From the IMG/VR virus record IMGVR_UViG_3300005805_000148, positions 1 through 44,582 of that record: a stretch of DNA of 44,582 bases; one strand, 5' to 3'. Below the pieces are notes generated by a model. That model was not told the origin of the DNA. It saw nothing but the letters and a program-made list of their open reading frames with translations, and did no database searches. This document shows, piece by piece, positions 44,039 through 44,582 of this stretch. Source of the stretch: a virus. Its lineage: Duplodnaviria > Caudoviricetes. A program made the translations under genes and the position numbers. The number at the start of each line of letters is the position of its first letter. Position 1 is the first letter of the stretch.

Positions 44039-44582
44039 TTATTCGCCTTCTGGTTCTTTCATGTGCAGGTATAAAGCGCCCATAAGTGCAATAATTGAAG
44101 AGATTCCAGCAATTCTTTGAATGCTTCCAGACAGCGTTAGGTAAACAACTAAAGAGCCTGAAATTGTAAATCCTAAATTAAGGATACCGTAACTGAACTT
44201 TTTCATAAATTGACTCCAATCTAAAACTCTTACTCCATTATTGTACTTAAAAATAGATATCTTTGTTATCCACTCAACACCATCACCAGCAATTTCGCCG
44301 TTAGGCTCTTCTTCCTCTTCTTTCCTAGCCGAGTCATTAGGGCTAGATGGGCTACTTGGGCCACTTGATGGACCTCCACCACCTGATGGAGAAGCCCCAC
44401 CTAAGGCGCCAGCAGCACCTATCACGGCAGCAGCGGCTCCTACGGCAATAACTGTACGACGGTCACCAACATTGATTTCCGAACCCAAAGCAACATAGGT
44501 ATCAAACACGCCAGCGAACACATTTATCTCTTCTTCAAATGCTTCCTTTACATCAGTAGGCGCTTCCGCAAGTGCCTCGGCA
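44039..44582 (-). CDS. C-terminal part of a membrane protein (runs off window)
   Basis: Frame stays open upstream of the track start at 44521; G/S/P linker and two C-terminal hydrophobic helices. Confidence 0.75.
   Translation of the reverse strand, partial: AEALAEAPTDVKEAFEEEINVFAGVFDTYVALGSEINVGDRRTVIAVGAAAAVIGAAGALGGASPSGGGGPSSGPSSPSSPNDSARKEEEEEPNGEIAGDGVEWITKISIFKYNNGVRVLDWSQFMKKFSYGILNLGFTISGSLVVYLTLSGSIQRIAGISSIIALMGALYLHMKEPEGE

Noticed and set aside
1-44582. tRNA, rRNA, integrase or transposase
   Set aside because: None recognisable by eye; a tRNAscan/HMM search would be needed to exclude them fully

Overview
A fragment of a tailed dsDNA phage with siphovirus-type tail genes. The host is most likely an actinobacterium, based on a WhiB gene, CGAAC-N4-GTTCG LexA-type boxes, several apparently leaderless genes and an M15 endolysin. 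Right part (29-44.5 kb, minus strand): SNF2/HARP helicase, lysis cassette, tail tube, tail assembly chaperone with a -1 frameshift extension, tape measure, Dit and a tail fibre with an S74 chaperone. Middle (17-29 kb): replication/recombination genes, WhiB, SpeD, a 2OG-Fe(II) oxygenase, a HAD-like protein and a translationally coupled ParB-ParB / ParB-methyltransferase / CmoA operon, a candidate carboxy-SAM-dependent DNA modification system. Left 16.5 kb: an array of small, mostly self-promoted minus-strand gene modules with a layered non-coding architecture. It comprises nine co-oriented copies of a ~58-bp tripartite element with an invariant 14-bp spacer, a polar GC-rich motif (CCCGCYTGCCTCTGCCCG), five 3'-UTR hairpins whose loops resemble the 16S anti-Shine-Dalgarno (two with identical loops and compensated stems), four LexA-type boxes, a promoter-driven ~220-nt structured RNA candidate, two ORF-less antisense promoters, a DnaA-box pair and an iteron-like origin candidate ~18 kb from the initiator gene. 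All calls were made by eye; no database searches were run.
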